64,000 bases of DNA from Candidatus Omnitrophota bacterium (GCA_041663425.1 JBAYMS010000002.1:2076-66075), one strand, 5' to 3'. Shown: positions 47,976 to 57,500, counted from the first letter of the stretch. The notes: generated by a model not told the origin, from the sequence alone. Made by a program: numbers and translations.

Positions 47976-49673
47976 ATGGTAAAGGTAAGGAAATCGCTGG
48001 GCGAGAGCCTTGTGGAAGAAGGGGTTATAACGGCTGAACAGCTTAAGCAGGCGCAGGCCGAAGAGAAAAGTACAGGCCAGCGTCTTCGGAAAGCTTTGGT
48101 TAAGTTGGGGTTCATTGCCGAAGATGACCTCGTATCATTTTTAAGCGATAAACTTAATGTGCCGCGCATAGAGCTTAATAATTATCTGATAGATCAAAAG
48201 GTAATAGAGCTTGTTCCCGAAGAGCTTGCGCGAAAGTATGAGCTGATACCTGTGCTCAAGATCGGCAATAGACTTACCTGCGCAATGGTTGATCCATGGA
48301 ATGTGTTTGCCTTAGACGAGATACGCTCCAAGACGGGGCTTATTATAGAGCCTTCAGTAGCTACTGAAGCAGAAATAAAAAAAGCTATTAACGAAATTTA
48401 TGGTGCAAAGCAGGGAACGATAGAAGAGCTGATAAAGTCGATAGATGAAGAAAAAATCACAGAAGCTACCGGCGGTAAAGAGCTGAATGTTAAGAAATTG
48501 CAGGGCATAGTAGAAGAGCCAACCGTTATAAAGCTGGTCAATCTTCTGATCATGCAGGCGGTAAAAGAGGGTGCGAGCGATATTCATATCGAGCCCGAAG
48601 AAAACACTCTCAGGATCAGGTTCAGGGTAGATGGTATTTTGCATGAAATAAGCGCTCCGCCCAAGCACCTCCAGTCCGCTATAATATCGAGGATCAAGAT
48701 AATGGCGTCTCTCGACATCTCTGAGCGCCGCATTCCGCAGGATGGCAGATTCACGATAAATACAGGAGGCAAACAGATAGATGCGCGTGTGTCGTGTGTC
48801 CCGACCATCTATGGTGAAAATGTGGTGCTTCGTCTGCTGAATACAGCCAGCGCTTTATTAACTCTTGAGGAGCTGGGCTTCTCCACGAATATACTTGAAA
48901 AATATAACCACCTTATCTATAAGCCGCACGGGATCATACTTGTCACAGGGCCTACCGGCAGTGGAAAGACGACGACGCTTTACGCTTCTTTGGATAAGAT
49001 AAACAGTCCGGAAAAAAATATCATAACGATAGAGGATCCCGTAGAATATAAGCTCCCCGGGGTGCGCCAGATACAGGTGGATACTAAGGTGAACCTTACA
49101 TTTGCCAACGGGCTGCGGTCTATTCTTCGCCAGGATCCGGATATTGTAATGGTGGGAGAAATACGTGATATTGAGACCGCTGAAATAGCTATCCAGGCCG
49201 CGCTTACCGGGCACCTTGTTTTTTCGACGCTTCATACAAATGATGCGCCGGGAGCTATCACTCGTCTCATAGATATGGGCATGGAGCCGTTTCTTGTTTC
49301 CTCTTCGGTTATTGCCGTAATAGCCCAAAGACTGGTGCGTAAAATATGTCCCAGATGCAAAGAGCAGTATACGCCTACAAAAACAGAGCTTAAGGATATA
49401 GGATTGGAAAGCTCGGGTAAGGTGAGTTTCTATAAAGGAAAAGGCTGCCCTGATTGTATGAATACCGGATATAAAGGAAGGATAAGTATATACGAAATGA
49501 TGCTTCCGGACGATAAGATCCGCGATGCTATTATATCTAAGACTGCGACAAGCGAAATAAAGAAGCGGGCGATAGAGGGTGGGATGATCACGCTTATGCA
49601 GGATGGTATAGAAAAAGTCGAAGCGGGAATTACCACGATAGAAGAAGTGTTAAGGGTGACTCAGGAGGATTAA
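47976..49673 (+). CDS. Type II secretion / type IV pilus assembly ATPase (GspE/PilB family) with N-terminal T2SSE_N domain
   Basis: 565 aa; Walker A GPTGSGKTTT; tetracysteine CPRC...CPDC; N-terminal GSPII_E_N-like domain. Confidence 0.9.
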   Translation: MVKVRKSLGESLVEEGVITAEQLKQAQAEEKSTGQRLRKALVKLGFIAEDDLVSFLSDKLNVPRIELNNYLIDQKVIELVPEELARKYELIPVLKIGNRLTCAMVDPWNVFALDEIRSKTGLIIEPSVATEAEIKKAINEIYGAKQGTIEELIKSIDEEKITEATGGKELNVKKLQGIVEEPTVIKLVNLLIMQAVKEGASDIHIEPEENTLRIRFRVDGILHEISAPPKHLQSAIISRIKIMASLDISERRIPQDGRFTINTGGKQIDARVSCVPTIYGENVVLRLLNTASALLTLEELGFSTNILEKYNHLIYKPHGIILVTGPTGSGKTTTLYASLDKINSPEKNIITIEDPVEYKLPGVRQIQVDTKVNLTFANGLRSILRQDPDIVMVGEIRDIETAEIAIQAALTGHLVFSTLHTNDAPGAITRLIDMGMEPFLVSSSVIAVIAQRLVRKICPRCKEQYTPTKTELKDIGLESSGKVSFYKGKGCPDCMNTGYKGRISIYEMMLPDDKIRDAIISKTATSEIKKRAIEGGMITLMQDGIEKVEAGITTIEEVLRVTQED

Positions 49674-50884
49674 TGGCGTTATACATGTACAGGGCTCGAG
49701 ATGGTGCCGGCAAGATAGTCAAGGGCACAATGGATGCCGCTACAAAGACTGAGCTTATTGATAAGCTTCAGAAGATGGGCTATATGGCGACCAATGTTAA
49801 AGAGACCTCTAGCGCTGAAATGACGTCAATATTTGATAGATTTCAAAGGATACGATCAGACGATATGCTTATGTTCTATATCCAGTTGTCAAATATGATA
49901 ACTGCAGGCATAACCATATTGATGAGCTTGTCTACGCTTGGGAAGCAGGCTGAGAACAAGGCCCTGAAACAGGCCATAGGCAGTGTTTCAAGGCAAGTTG
50001 AGTCAGGTTCGAGCCTTTCGCAGGCATTTGCTACACAGCCGCGCATCTTCAGCAAATTATTTGTAAATATGATAAAGGCAGGTGAGGCCAGCGGCAATCT
50101 AGACGCCGTTCTCATGAGATATGCTACATTCTTCGAGAATCAGGAAGATCTTAAGCAGAAGATAAGAGGGGCGCTTTTTTATCCCATAATACTCTTGTGT
50201 GCAGGTATTGCCGTAACCCTATTAATAGTTACCTTTGTAATCCCCCAGTTTGCCGAGATATATCTTAAAGCAGGTATAAAGCTGCCTTTGCCGACGCTGA
50301 TAGTGTATAACGCAGGCCTCTTCATTAAAAATTTTTGGTATGTGATCATTATCTGCATAATTGCTGTTTTGGTTGGGTTGAAATTTTATTTCGCCACAGT
50401 TAAGGGGCAGACATTTTACGACAGGATGAAGCTCAGCCTGCCGATAATAGGACCCTTATACCGTAAGGTAGCAATGGCAAGATTCGCACGGACTCTTGCC
50501 ACTCTTTTAGGCAGCGGTGTGCCGATACTGCAGTCGCTTGACATAGTTAAAGATATCGTCGGCAATGTGATCCTGGCCGCTGCTATTACAAATATCAGAG
50601 GATATGTAGAGAAGGGCGAGCGCATGTCCGAGCCTATGAGGATAAGCGGGGAGTTTCCTCCTGACATAGTGCAGATGGTGTCGGTCGGAGAAGAGACGGG
50701 CAATATGGACGGTATGCTTAATAAGACCGCAGATTTTTACGATATGACGGTAGGCTATGCCGTAAAAAAGCTGACGACCGTTATAGAGCCGTTATTTCTT
50801 GTAGTGTTGGGAGTTATGGTAGGATTTATTATGGCATCTATGTTGATGCCGATTTTTGACATGGTGAAGACGTTAAAGCATTAA
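49673..50884 (+). CDS. GspF/PilC platform protein
   Basis: 403 aa; two T2SSF repeats; 3 TM helices. Confidence 0.85.
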   Translation: MALYMYRARDGAGKIVKGTMDAATKTELIDKLQKMGYMATNVKETSSAEMTSIFDRFQRIRSDDMLMFYIQLSNMITAGITILMSLSTLGKQAENKALKQAIGSVSRQVESGSSLSQAFATQPRIFSKLFVNMIKAGEASGNLDAVLMRYATFFENQEDLKQKIRGALFYPIILLCAGIAVTLLIVTFVIPQFAEIYLKAGIKLPLPTLIVYNAGLFIKNFWYVIIICIIAVLVGLKFYFATVKGQTFYDRMKLSLPIIGPLYRKVAMARFARTLATLLGSGVPILQSLDIVKDIVGNVILAAAITNIRGYVEKGERMSEPMRISGEFPPDIVQMVSVGEETGNMDGMLNKTADFYDMTVGYAVKKLTTVIEPLFLVVLGVMVGFIMASMLMPIFDMVKTLKH

Positions 50885-50955
50885 AATCCTTCGGCTTGGC
50901 TCAGGATTTTGTCCCGAACATGGCCGGGGATAAAATGAAGAAAGGGGGATGTAAG

Positions 50956-51390
50956 ATGTTTAAGAAAAAAGGTTTTACGATTATAGAGCTGTTGATAGTA
51001 ATAGCAGTAATAGGCATACTTGTTGGGATAGCGCTTCCGCGGTTTCGAGGTATGCAGGATGAGGGTAACATAGCCAAAGCTAAAGCTGAGCTGAAGACAC
51101 TCCAGACGGCCATAGAGAGCTATTATTCTCATAATAGCAATGTTTATCCGACGGCGCTTGCAAATATGACAACGGCTACTCCGCAAATAATAGCCGTAGT
51201 GCCTAATGACCCGTTTAACGGGACTACCGCTTATGGATACAACCATACCGGTAATTATTACGCAATTTACTCTGTAGGGCCGGCCAATGATGGAACGGCT
51301 ACTGTAGATTCTGACGGAGCTATAACTGAGACCGACGGGGCAAGTTGTATCTATGTTACGAACGGGACGAGCATTGATGCCCAGCCGTAA
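50956..51390 (+). CDS. Major pseudopilin/pilin (GspG/PilA-like, prepilin N-methylation motif)
   Basis: Start at MFKKKGFTIIELLIVIAVIGIL (G-F-T-x-x-E) after an AAAGGGGGATG RBS; 144 aa; one Cys. Confidence 0.75.
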   Translation: MFKKKGFTIIELLIVIAVIGILVGIALPRFRGMQDEGNIAKAKAELKTLQTAIESYYSHNSNVYPTALANMTTATPQIIAVVPNDPFNGTTAYGYNHTGNYYAIYSVGPANDGTATVDSDGAITETDGASCIYVTNGTSIDAQP

Positions 51391-51752
51391 TGATTGAGAA
51401 GAAAGGTTTTACACTGCTCGAAGTTCTTCTGGCGGTTGTTTTTCTGGCAGCCGGCTCGATCTTTCTTTTGCAGGCGATCGGCTCAGGTCTTTTTGCCGGC
51501 AATATTAATGAGACGGAAATAGTCGCTATAAATTTAGCCCAGGAGAAAATGGAGTTTGTGCGGAATACCGCTTATGCCAGCATTGCCAGTGAGGCGAGAG
51601 CTGACGTAAGCGGTTTTCCTGCATATCAGCGTGAAGTAGTGGTCACCGATGCGACTTTGCAGCACAATATTAAAAAAGTAGTTGTGAAGGTCTATTATAC
51701 TATAAAAAATACCGAGCTTAATAAATCCCTGACAACCTATGTTGCGATCTGA
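51390..51752 (+). CDS. Minor pseudopilin (GspI/PilV-like)
   Basis: KKGFTLLEVLLAVVFLAAGS prepilin leader; 120 aa. Confidence 0.65.
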   Translation: MIEKKGFTLLEVLLAVVFLAAGSIFLLQAIGSGLFAGNINETEIVAINLAQEKMEFVRNTAYASIASEARADVSGFPAYQREVVVTDATLQHNIKKVVVKVYYTIKNTELNKSLTTYVAI

Positions 51753-52254
51753 TAAAAATAAAATCGGATTAACATTGATCGAGTTGATAATTGCACTGCT
51801 TCTCGTTTCGTTTGTTCTGGTTGCGGTGTGGTCGGTCTATAGCGCAGGCTCTAAGGTGTTTTATGGACAAGAGACGCGGGGAGGTGTAGTGCCTGAGGTT
51901 GAGCGTGCTCTGTATGAATTTGGAAGCGATTTACGCCGGGCTGCATCTGTTACGGATGCGCAGAAAACATCGCTTACTTTTACGTCGGGTGCCAGTTCCA
52001 GCGGTAAAAATGAAACGATGAAATATGTGTGGGATGACATTTCCAGCCATTCCTTAAACAAGATATCTACGGTGACGAAACCTGTAGTCCATTCTGTTTC
52101 GGACCTTATATTTACTTATTATGATTCAAACAACAACCTTCTTTCTTCTCCCGTGACACCCTCAGATGTGCGGGTGGTTGTTATCACTATGACGGTTACG
52201 ACTAAAAACGAAAGTTTTAAGATCCAAAATGCTGCCCGTATCAGGTGCCTTTGA
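51739..52254 (+). CDS. Minor pseudopilin (GspJ/PilW-like)
   Basis: IGLTLIELIIALLLVSFVLVAVW prepilin-type N-terminus; 171 aa. Confidence 0.6.
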   Translation: MLRSDKNKIGLTLIELIIALLLVSFVLVAVWSVYSAGSKVFYGQETRGGVVPEVERALYEFGSDLRRAASVTDAQKTSLTFTSGASSSGKNETMKYVWDDISSHSLNKISTVTKPVVHSVSDLIFTYYDSNNNLLSSPVTPSDVRVVVITMTVTTKNESFKIQNAARIRCL

Positions 52255-53692
52255 TATGAATAATAAACGCGGATTCATACTGCTTCTTACCTTTGTATTG
52301 ATGGTGGTGCTGACTTTTCTGGTCGGAGCACTGATGTATATGGTCAATGCTTCTACAAAAGATGCGATATATCAAATTGAAGACTATGGGATGCTGAACG
52401 TAGCGGATGCAGGTGTGCAATACGTGAATAAGATGCTAGACGACGGTAATTTTTATCATCAAAACCTGAAGGCAGATTTGAGAGGAGCTACAGCTAGCGG
52501 CACAGCGTCGCATACAAGCAGGATGTGTTATGTGGATGGCAGCTATTCGACAGTGGCTAACAATACAGCGATCCTTCAGGGATTTGATTCTAATTATGCT
52601 GGTATAAGTATTGATGCTGTTTATATTGTTGCGAAGGCAGGCCGGCAGACGGGAGGTTCAGGAGCAACGCTTCAGGTGTCTTACTCTATTAATGGAGTAA
52701 CGGGAGCTACTAAATTGACCCAGGCTTTGCCTAATTCCACTAATTTAGTGGAATATACCAAGTACGTTTCGGGCTTAACGTGGTCTGATATTCTTAATGG
52801 TAATTTTACTCTTACCGCCACTCGCACGGCAGGGAACAGAAATATTTATCTGGACGCTCTTTATCTGCGCGTGCGATATTCTGCGCATAGCCCAGAGGTA
52901 AATTTTTCGGATTCATTTAGTTCTGTAGGATTTTTTACCGGGACAATGTCGTCGGAGGATAGAAAGGTTCATCTTAACACCGCGTCTCAGAGCCTGTTAT
53001 CTTATCTTATGCAAGAGCTGGGGATATCCAGCTCTGCAGCCAATACGCTTGCGGACAATATAATTACTTACAGAACTGTAAAACCTTTTGATTCTGTAGA
53101 GGAATTGCAGCAGGTTGAAGGCATGACTACGACGAATTACAACCTGATGCATGATTATGTCACAGTTTATACATTTATAAATCCATACGTCCAGAGAACA
53201 ACGGGAGCCCGCGCGCCTATAAATATAAATGCAGCCTCTTTACAAGTTCTCAAGGCTGTATTCGATCCTTTGGGGCTCGGCACCGGCGATGCGGCTAGTT
53301 TAGCCAACGATATAGTAAATTCCAGGCCTACTTATTTTACCTGTTTTTATTCGGCGGATTCAACGGTAACGACCGATTTTTATGACTTTGTAAGAGCGAG
53401 AACTTACCTTACTGCAGCGGAGCAGAATAAAGTGCTCGATAATGCGGACGCATCTTTGATTGTGCCTGTGTCGGGAGCTGCCGCTTTTAATTGTGCGACC
53501 ACAGAATTTTCGTATGGGACAAGCGTTTTTGAAATAAATCTCTTGTCTTACGCGCCTTCAAGCCCGCGTATGATTCGTATACAAGAAATGCTGGGGGGCG
53601 ACAAGAACCGTAAGCTTACGACCTACTACGGCGATCCGGCCCCGGCCGGATATAGAAGAGAGACTTTCGAGGTCGAAGAGTTTTTTATGTAA
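52229..53692 (+). CDS. GspK/PilX-like large minor pseudopilin
   Basis: 487 aa; N-terminal KRGFILLLTFVLMVVLTFLV lacks Glu+5 (GspK hallmark); HhH-like segments (SAANTLADNIITYR, GDAASLANDIVNSR). Confidence 0.55.
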   Translation: MLPVSGAFDMNNKRGFILLLTFVLMVVLTFLVGALMYMVNASTKDAIYQIEDYGMLNVADAGVQYVNKMLDDGNFYHQNLKADLRGATASGTASHTSRMCYVDGSYSTVANNTAILQGFDSNYAGISIDAVYIVAKAGRQTGGSGATLQVSYSINGVTGATKLTQALPNSTNLVEYTKYVSGLTWSDILNGNFTLTATRTAGNRNIYLDALYLRVRYSAHSPEVNFSDSFSSVGFFTGTMSSEDRKVHLNTASQSLLSYLMQELGISSSAANTLADNIITYRTVKPFDSVEELQQVEGMTTTNYNLMHDYVTVYTFINPYVQRTTGARAPININAASLQVLKAVFDPLGLGTGDAASLANDIVNSRPTYFTCFYSADSTVTTDFYDFVRARTYLTAAEQNKVLDNADASLIVPVSGAAAFNCATTEFSYGTSVFEINLLSYAPSSPRMIRIQEMLGGDKNRKLTTYYGDPAPAGYRRETFEVEEFFM

Positions 53693-53711
53693 AATATGGT
53701 ATACTACACTT

Positions 53712-55310
53712 ATGGATTTTAAAACTATATTTAAAAAAGAATATGTGGTGGGCCTAGACATAGGATCTTCATCTGTGAAGACGGCTGTATTCATTGAGAA
53801 AGAGGACGGGCCTTTCCTTTTGAGGTCTGAACTTAAAGAGATCAAAAGAACGAATGACCCGGCTTCTGATGAAGCAGGGCTGGCCGTGGCCCTGCGGTTC
53901 CTGTTCAGGGATATCGATACTAAAAAATCGGTCGTAATTGCCAGCGTCAATTGCACCAACACCGCCGTAAAAAAGATAACAACACCTTATATGCCGAAGT
54001 CTGAGCTGCGCGAAGGCATAAGGCTGCAGGCAAAAAGTTACTTTCCTTTTCCTATTGATGAATCCATGCTTGATTTTGAGATCACTGGTGATATTGTGGA
54101 TAAAGGGACCAGGAAGTATGAGATCCTGGTCGCCGCTTGCCCTATAGACACTACGAAAAAATATTTATCCGCTCTGAGCAATGCCGGGATCAAACCTTCG
54201 TCAGTTATCTCATCCTCCTATGCTCTTTGTAAAGTGGCCGAGATGGTGAATAAAGAGGAAGGTTATACTAATTGTCTTATAGATATAGGACAGACGCATA
54301 CTGAGCTTGTAATATTAAAAGGTAAGCAGCTTATGTTTACGCGCAAGATACCGGTTTCAGGAAGCGATTTCACGAGCGCAATGACTGGCGCCGTTATTAC
54401 CGATAAGGGCAAAGCGCAGCTTACATTCGATGAAGCCGAGAAGATAAAATGCAGCGCAGGTATTTTATCCGGTGCGGAAACTGCGGGACCAGATGCTAAA
54501 ATTTCTGTGTCGCAGATATCTGCTATGCTGCGCGCCCCTGAGGAAAATTTTACGAGTGAGGTAGAGAGGTGCATAGATTATTACAGGGAAGATTCGGCCG
54601 GCGGTAAAGTCGATTCTATAATTTTGTTTGGCGGAGGCGCGGCGCTTAATGGGCTGACTAAGATATTGTCGGAAGAGCTTGGTATAGATGTCAGGCTTGG
54701 CGATTCTTTTCACGGTATTAAAGCCTCGAAAGAAGTGCTCGAATCTGGAAGCCGTCTTTCTCACAGACTCAATCTGGCTATTGGGGCAGCTTTCAGTAAA
54801 GCAGAAGGTATAAACCTTCTCCCATCTGAAATAAAAGATGAAAAAAAGATATTGATAAAGAGAAGTACTCTTGAGGCGGCAGGGACAGCTGTTCTGCTGA
54901 TCCTCGTATTGCTTTATGCCGGAATGACCATAAAGCTGACCAACTTCCAGAAGAGGATATCCGCGGCAAGGATGGAATTGTCGACCCTTGAGCCGCAAAT
55001 TAAAAAAGCTAAAACAGTCCTTTTGGGCAACCAAATACTTTCGAACGAACCTCAATGGGAAGACGTATTCGTGGAACTATCCAATCTCATGCCTGACAAT
55101 ATACACCTTACCGGTTTTCATATGAAGGACGATATGATAACGTTGAGAGGCGTTGTCGCGGCGCAGGACGGGGAGCAGGTTCTTTCGGATTTCATACTTA
55201 CTCTTGAGAGCGGCCTATTCGATAGGGTGCGGCTTGTTAATACTAAAAAGATAGGTGAGGACGGCGGGACTGAATTTGAGCTTAACTGCCGGGTAGATTA
55301 TGAAAAATAG
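53712..55310 (+). CDS. GspL-like / PilM-PilN fusion assembly protein
   Basis: 532 aa; N-terminal actin-like PilM fold (VGLDIGSSSVKTAVF), one TM (AAGTAVLLILVLLYAGMTI), PilN-like periplasmic C-terminus. Confidence 0.7.
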   Translation: MDFKTIFKKEYVVGLDIGSSSVKTAVFIEKEDGPFLLRSELKEIKRTNDPASDEAGLAVALRFLFRDIDTKKSVVIASVNCTNTAVKKITTPYMPKSELREGIRLQAKSYFPFPIDESMLDFEITGDIVDKGTRKYEILVAACPIDTTKKYLSALSNAGIKPSSVISSSYALCKVAEMVNKEEGYTNCLIDIGQTHTELVILKGKQLMFTRKIPVSGSDFTSAMTGAVITDKGKAQLTFDEAEKIKCSAGILSGAETAGPDAKISVSQISAMLRAPEENFTSEVERCIDYYREDSAGGKVDSIILFGGGAALNGLTKILSEELGIDVRLGDSFHGIKASKEVLESGSRLSHRLNLAIGAAFSKAEGINLLPSEIKDEKKILIKRSTLEAAGTAVLLILVLLYAGMTIKLTNFQKRISAARMELSTLEPQIKKAKTVLLGNQILSNEPQWEDVFVELSNLMPDNIHLTGFHMKDDMITLRGVVAAQDGEQVLSDFILTLESGLFDRVRLVNTKKIGEDGGTEFELNCRVDYEK

Positions 55311-55809
55311 AAATATTATAATTGCGGCTATGGTAGTTTTTTCTTTGTTTTTAATATACATAATTCTCTATAGGCCGTTAATAAAGAAGCTAAAGATGAA
55401 ATCTGCTGAATATGCCGCGATCGAAAATAAAATCAATTCAGCGCAGCGCCTTATCAATTCTTCAAAGGCGATGAAGAGCGATATTGTAATGATCACTGAA
55501 AAAGAGGTTTCGCTGGCTATTGATGAATTGACTAAACACGGCAAGAGTCTTGGCGTAGAATTCCGTGCTATCAAACCCAGAGAGATTATAAAATCGGATC
55601 CTGTAAATCAGTATAAGATGCTGCCTGTTGATATAGAGATAGAGGCTTCGGACAAGCAATTGGCCGATTTTTTAGGATCTTTAGATGAGCTGAAGAAGAG
55701 CTTAATAAAAATATATAGTCTTGATATAAAAGCGGATGACATGAACAAGGCAATGTTAAAAGCGAAAGTAGTTATAGGTATATATTTTTCATCGGAAAGC
55801 GGTGCTTAA
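55300..55809 (+). CDS. GspM/PilO-like inner-membrane assembly protein
   Basis: 169 aa; N-terminal TM plus coiled-coil; position after the PilMN-like gene. Confidence 0.5.
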   Translation: MKNRNIIIAAMVVFSLFLIYIILYRPLIKKLKMKSAEYAAIENKINSAQRLINSSKAMKSDIVMITEKEVSLAIDELTKHGKSLGVEFRAIKPREIIKSDPVNQYKMLPVDIEIEASDKQLADFLGSLDELKKSLIKIYSLDIKADDMNKAMLKAKVVIGIYFSSESGA

Positions 55810-56262
55810 ATGGATCTGCGGCAAATAGCTCAAAATAAAAAGGCTGTTATTCTTATAGCGCTGGTTAGTCTGGCGCTATTAAGCCTTCTTTATGGTATTT
55901 TCTCCAGGCCTGGCCGCCGGAATACCGCTCCGGTAAGAAGCATTGTAACTGCTTTTAATAAAAATAAAGTTTCTGCATTGCCGGAATCTTCAACTCCGGC
56001 ATTTAGGCGTGCTAAGCGGACGCAGTTCCGGTCGTGGAAGAGGAGCCCGTTCGTTCCTAAGGGTGTGCCCGGAACTCCGTACTCTAAATTTGCCCTTAAT
56101 GGCATACTGGCGAGCGGTAAAGAATTGAAGGCTATGATCGGTGATGCGATAGTCGGGAAGGGTGATAAAATAAATGCGAATACAACGGTGGTTGAAGTAA
56201 TGAAAGACAAAGTCATCCTTAACGATGGGACTAAAAATTTTGAATTGAAGCTAGAGCAGTGA
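55810..56262 (+). CDS. GspC/PilP-like protein
   Basis: 150 aa; N-terminal TM; C-terminal beta-domain pattern (GDAIVGKGDKINANTTVVEVMKDKVILNDGTKNFELKL). Confidence 0.4.
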   Translation: MDLRQIAQNKKAVILIALVSLALLSLLYGIFSRPGRRNTAPVRSIVTAFNKNKVSALPESSTPAFRRAKRTQFRSWKRSPFVPKGVPGTPYSKFALNGILASGKELKAMIGDAIVGKGDKINANTTVVEVMKDKVILNDGTKNFELKLEQ

Positions 56263-56271
56263 CCTTCAGCT

Positions 56272-56676
56272 CTATTCGATAGTAAAGGTAAGTGATTTTA
56301 TAGGATAATTTTCCGCAGTCAGTTCTACCTTATATTGGCCTACAGGTAATGTTTTTCCTTCCGGAGCAGATAATGTTACGCTTCCTGCGCCTGATTTTTT
56401 CGGGATAGTGAAGGCATAGTCCAGAATATGGATATCGTCGGTAACGTAATGCCACTTTGCGACTAACTTAGTATTTACCGTGGCTTTCTTCCACTGGAAC
56501 CAGCAGACTACCCTGGATGTATCTTTTGGGAATTTATCTGTTACCTGAACCGGCATGAGTTTTTCGTCCACAGCGGTTACTATCTTAGCATCGGTTATTT
56601 GTATATATCTTGTGCCGGGTAAAGAACATGCGGATAGCGTAAATATGAGGGTAATACATACGACGAAATTTTTCAT
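56272..56676 (-). CDS. Hypothetical lipoprotein
   Basis: Lipobox LIFTLSACS; 134 aa; no recognised domain. Confidence 0.5.
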   Translation of the reverse strand: MKNFVVCITLIFTLSACSLPGTRYIQITDAKIVTAVDEKLMPVQVTDKFPKDTSRVVCWFQWKKATVNTKLVAKWHYVTDDIHILDYAFTIPKKSGAGSVTLSAPEGKTLPVGQYKVELTAENYPIKSLTFTIE

Positions 56677-56790
56677 AGAAGATCTCCTAACGTCATTAAA
56701 TATATATTACATTCTAAAATATGTCAATAGATAAGGCGAAAAAACAATTTAGTATGCAAAAACGGAGCCTGTGGTATAATCAGGTTAATC

Positions 56791-57261
56791 ATGGACGCTT
56801 TAAAAAAGAAAGTATATTTTTCCTCTGGTGTTTTGATCGCGATAGCAGGTATTATATTTATAGAAGGCTCATTTGCCGTTACTGTGAAGCTTTTTGGTGT
56901 TGTCAAAGCAACCTTTATAAGAATGTTATTCACAATACCTTTGTCATGGTTTGCTATTTTTTTATTTGCAAATGCCAATGTGAGTATCAGGGTACGAAAG
57001 TGGATTACGAAGAAACAGGAGTCTCTTTCCCGTCGAGCACAGCTGGCTATTGAAGGCGGGAAATTTTTCATAATAGTCAACACTGCTATATTTTTAGGTC
57101 CTATTCTTGCATCTATTCTTATGCTTATGGTGGGCATTCAGGGTAGAAGAGTCTATTTTTATGCGGTTTTGTGCGCCTTGCTATCCGCCTGGATCTGGAG
57201 CTGCTTTTATGGCGGTGTATGCTGGGGATTTACGAAGGTATTAGCTTTTTGGGCTAAATAA
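56791..57261 (+). CDS. Hypothetical membrane protein (4 TM helices)
   Basis: 156 aa hydrophobic ORF; a TGGTATAAT extended -10 ends 5 nt upstream of the ATG (possible leaderless mRNA); an alternative overlapping frame (56721..57053) is less plausible. Confidence 0.4.
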   Translation: MDALKKKVYFSSGVLIAIAGIIFIEGSFAVTVKLFGVVKATFIRMLFTIPLSWFAIFLFANANVSIRVRKWITKKQESLSRRAQLAIEGGKFFIIVNTAIFLGPILASILMLMVGIQGRRVYFYAVLCALLSAWIWSCFYGGVCWGFTKVLAFWAK

Positions 57262-57275
57262 GATCATTTTTATAC

Positions 57276-57352
57276 GCGCCTGTAGCTCAACTGGATAGAG
57301 TGAGTGGCTTCGAACCACTAGGTCGCAGGTTCGACTCCTGCCAGGCGCGCCA
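57276..57352 (+). tRNA. tRNA-Arg (anticodon TCG)
   Basis: 77 nt; acceptor GCGCCTG/CAGGCGC; anticodon stem AGTGG/CCACT; loop CTTCGAA; T-loop TTCGACT; encoded CCA. Confidence 0.85.
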
Positions 57353-57471
57353 TTTTTAGTCAGTGACGTTTGGGAGTCGAAGACAAATTTGCGCTGACGA
57401 ATAGGAAGAAAAGGCCTCCGGCCGACAGCAAATTTGGCTGGTCCGAAGTTCCGCTATGCGGAACGAAGGAC

Positions 57472-57500
57472 CGACTCCTGCCAGGCGCGCCATTTTTAGT
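57472..57500 (+). repeat. Exact 29-nt direct repeat of the tRNA-Arg 3' end (CGACTCCTGCCAGGCGCGCCATTTTTAGT)
   Basis: Identical to 57332-57360; it lacks the rest of the tRNA, so it resembles an attL/attR-type partial tRNA duplication. Confidence 0.6.

Noticed and set aside
56721-57053. Alternative 110-aa frame (MSIDKAKKQF...) overlapping the 56791..57261 ORF
   Set aside because: It is Cys/Tyr-rich and low-complexity with no RBS. The overlapping frame encodes a plausible 4-TM protein preceded by an extended -10, so the 56791 frame is preferred, though with low confidence.
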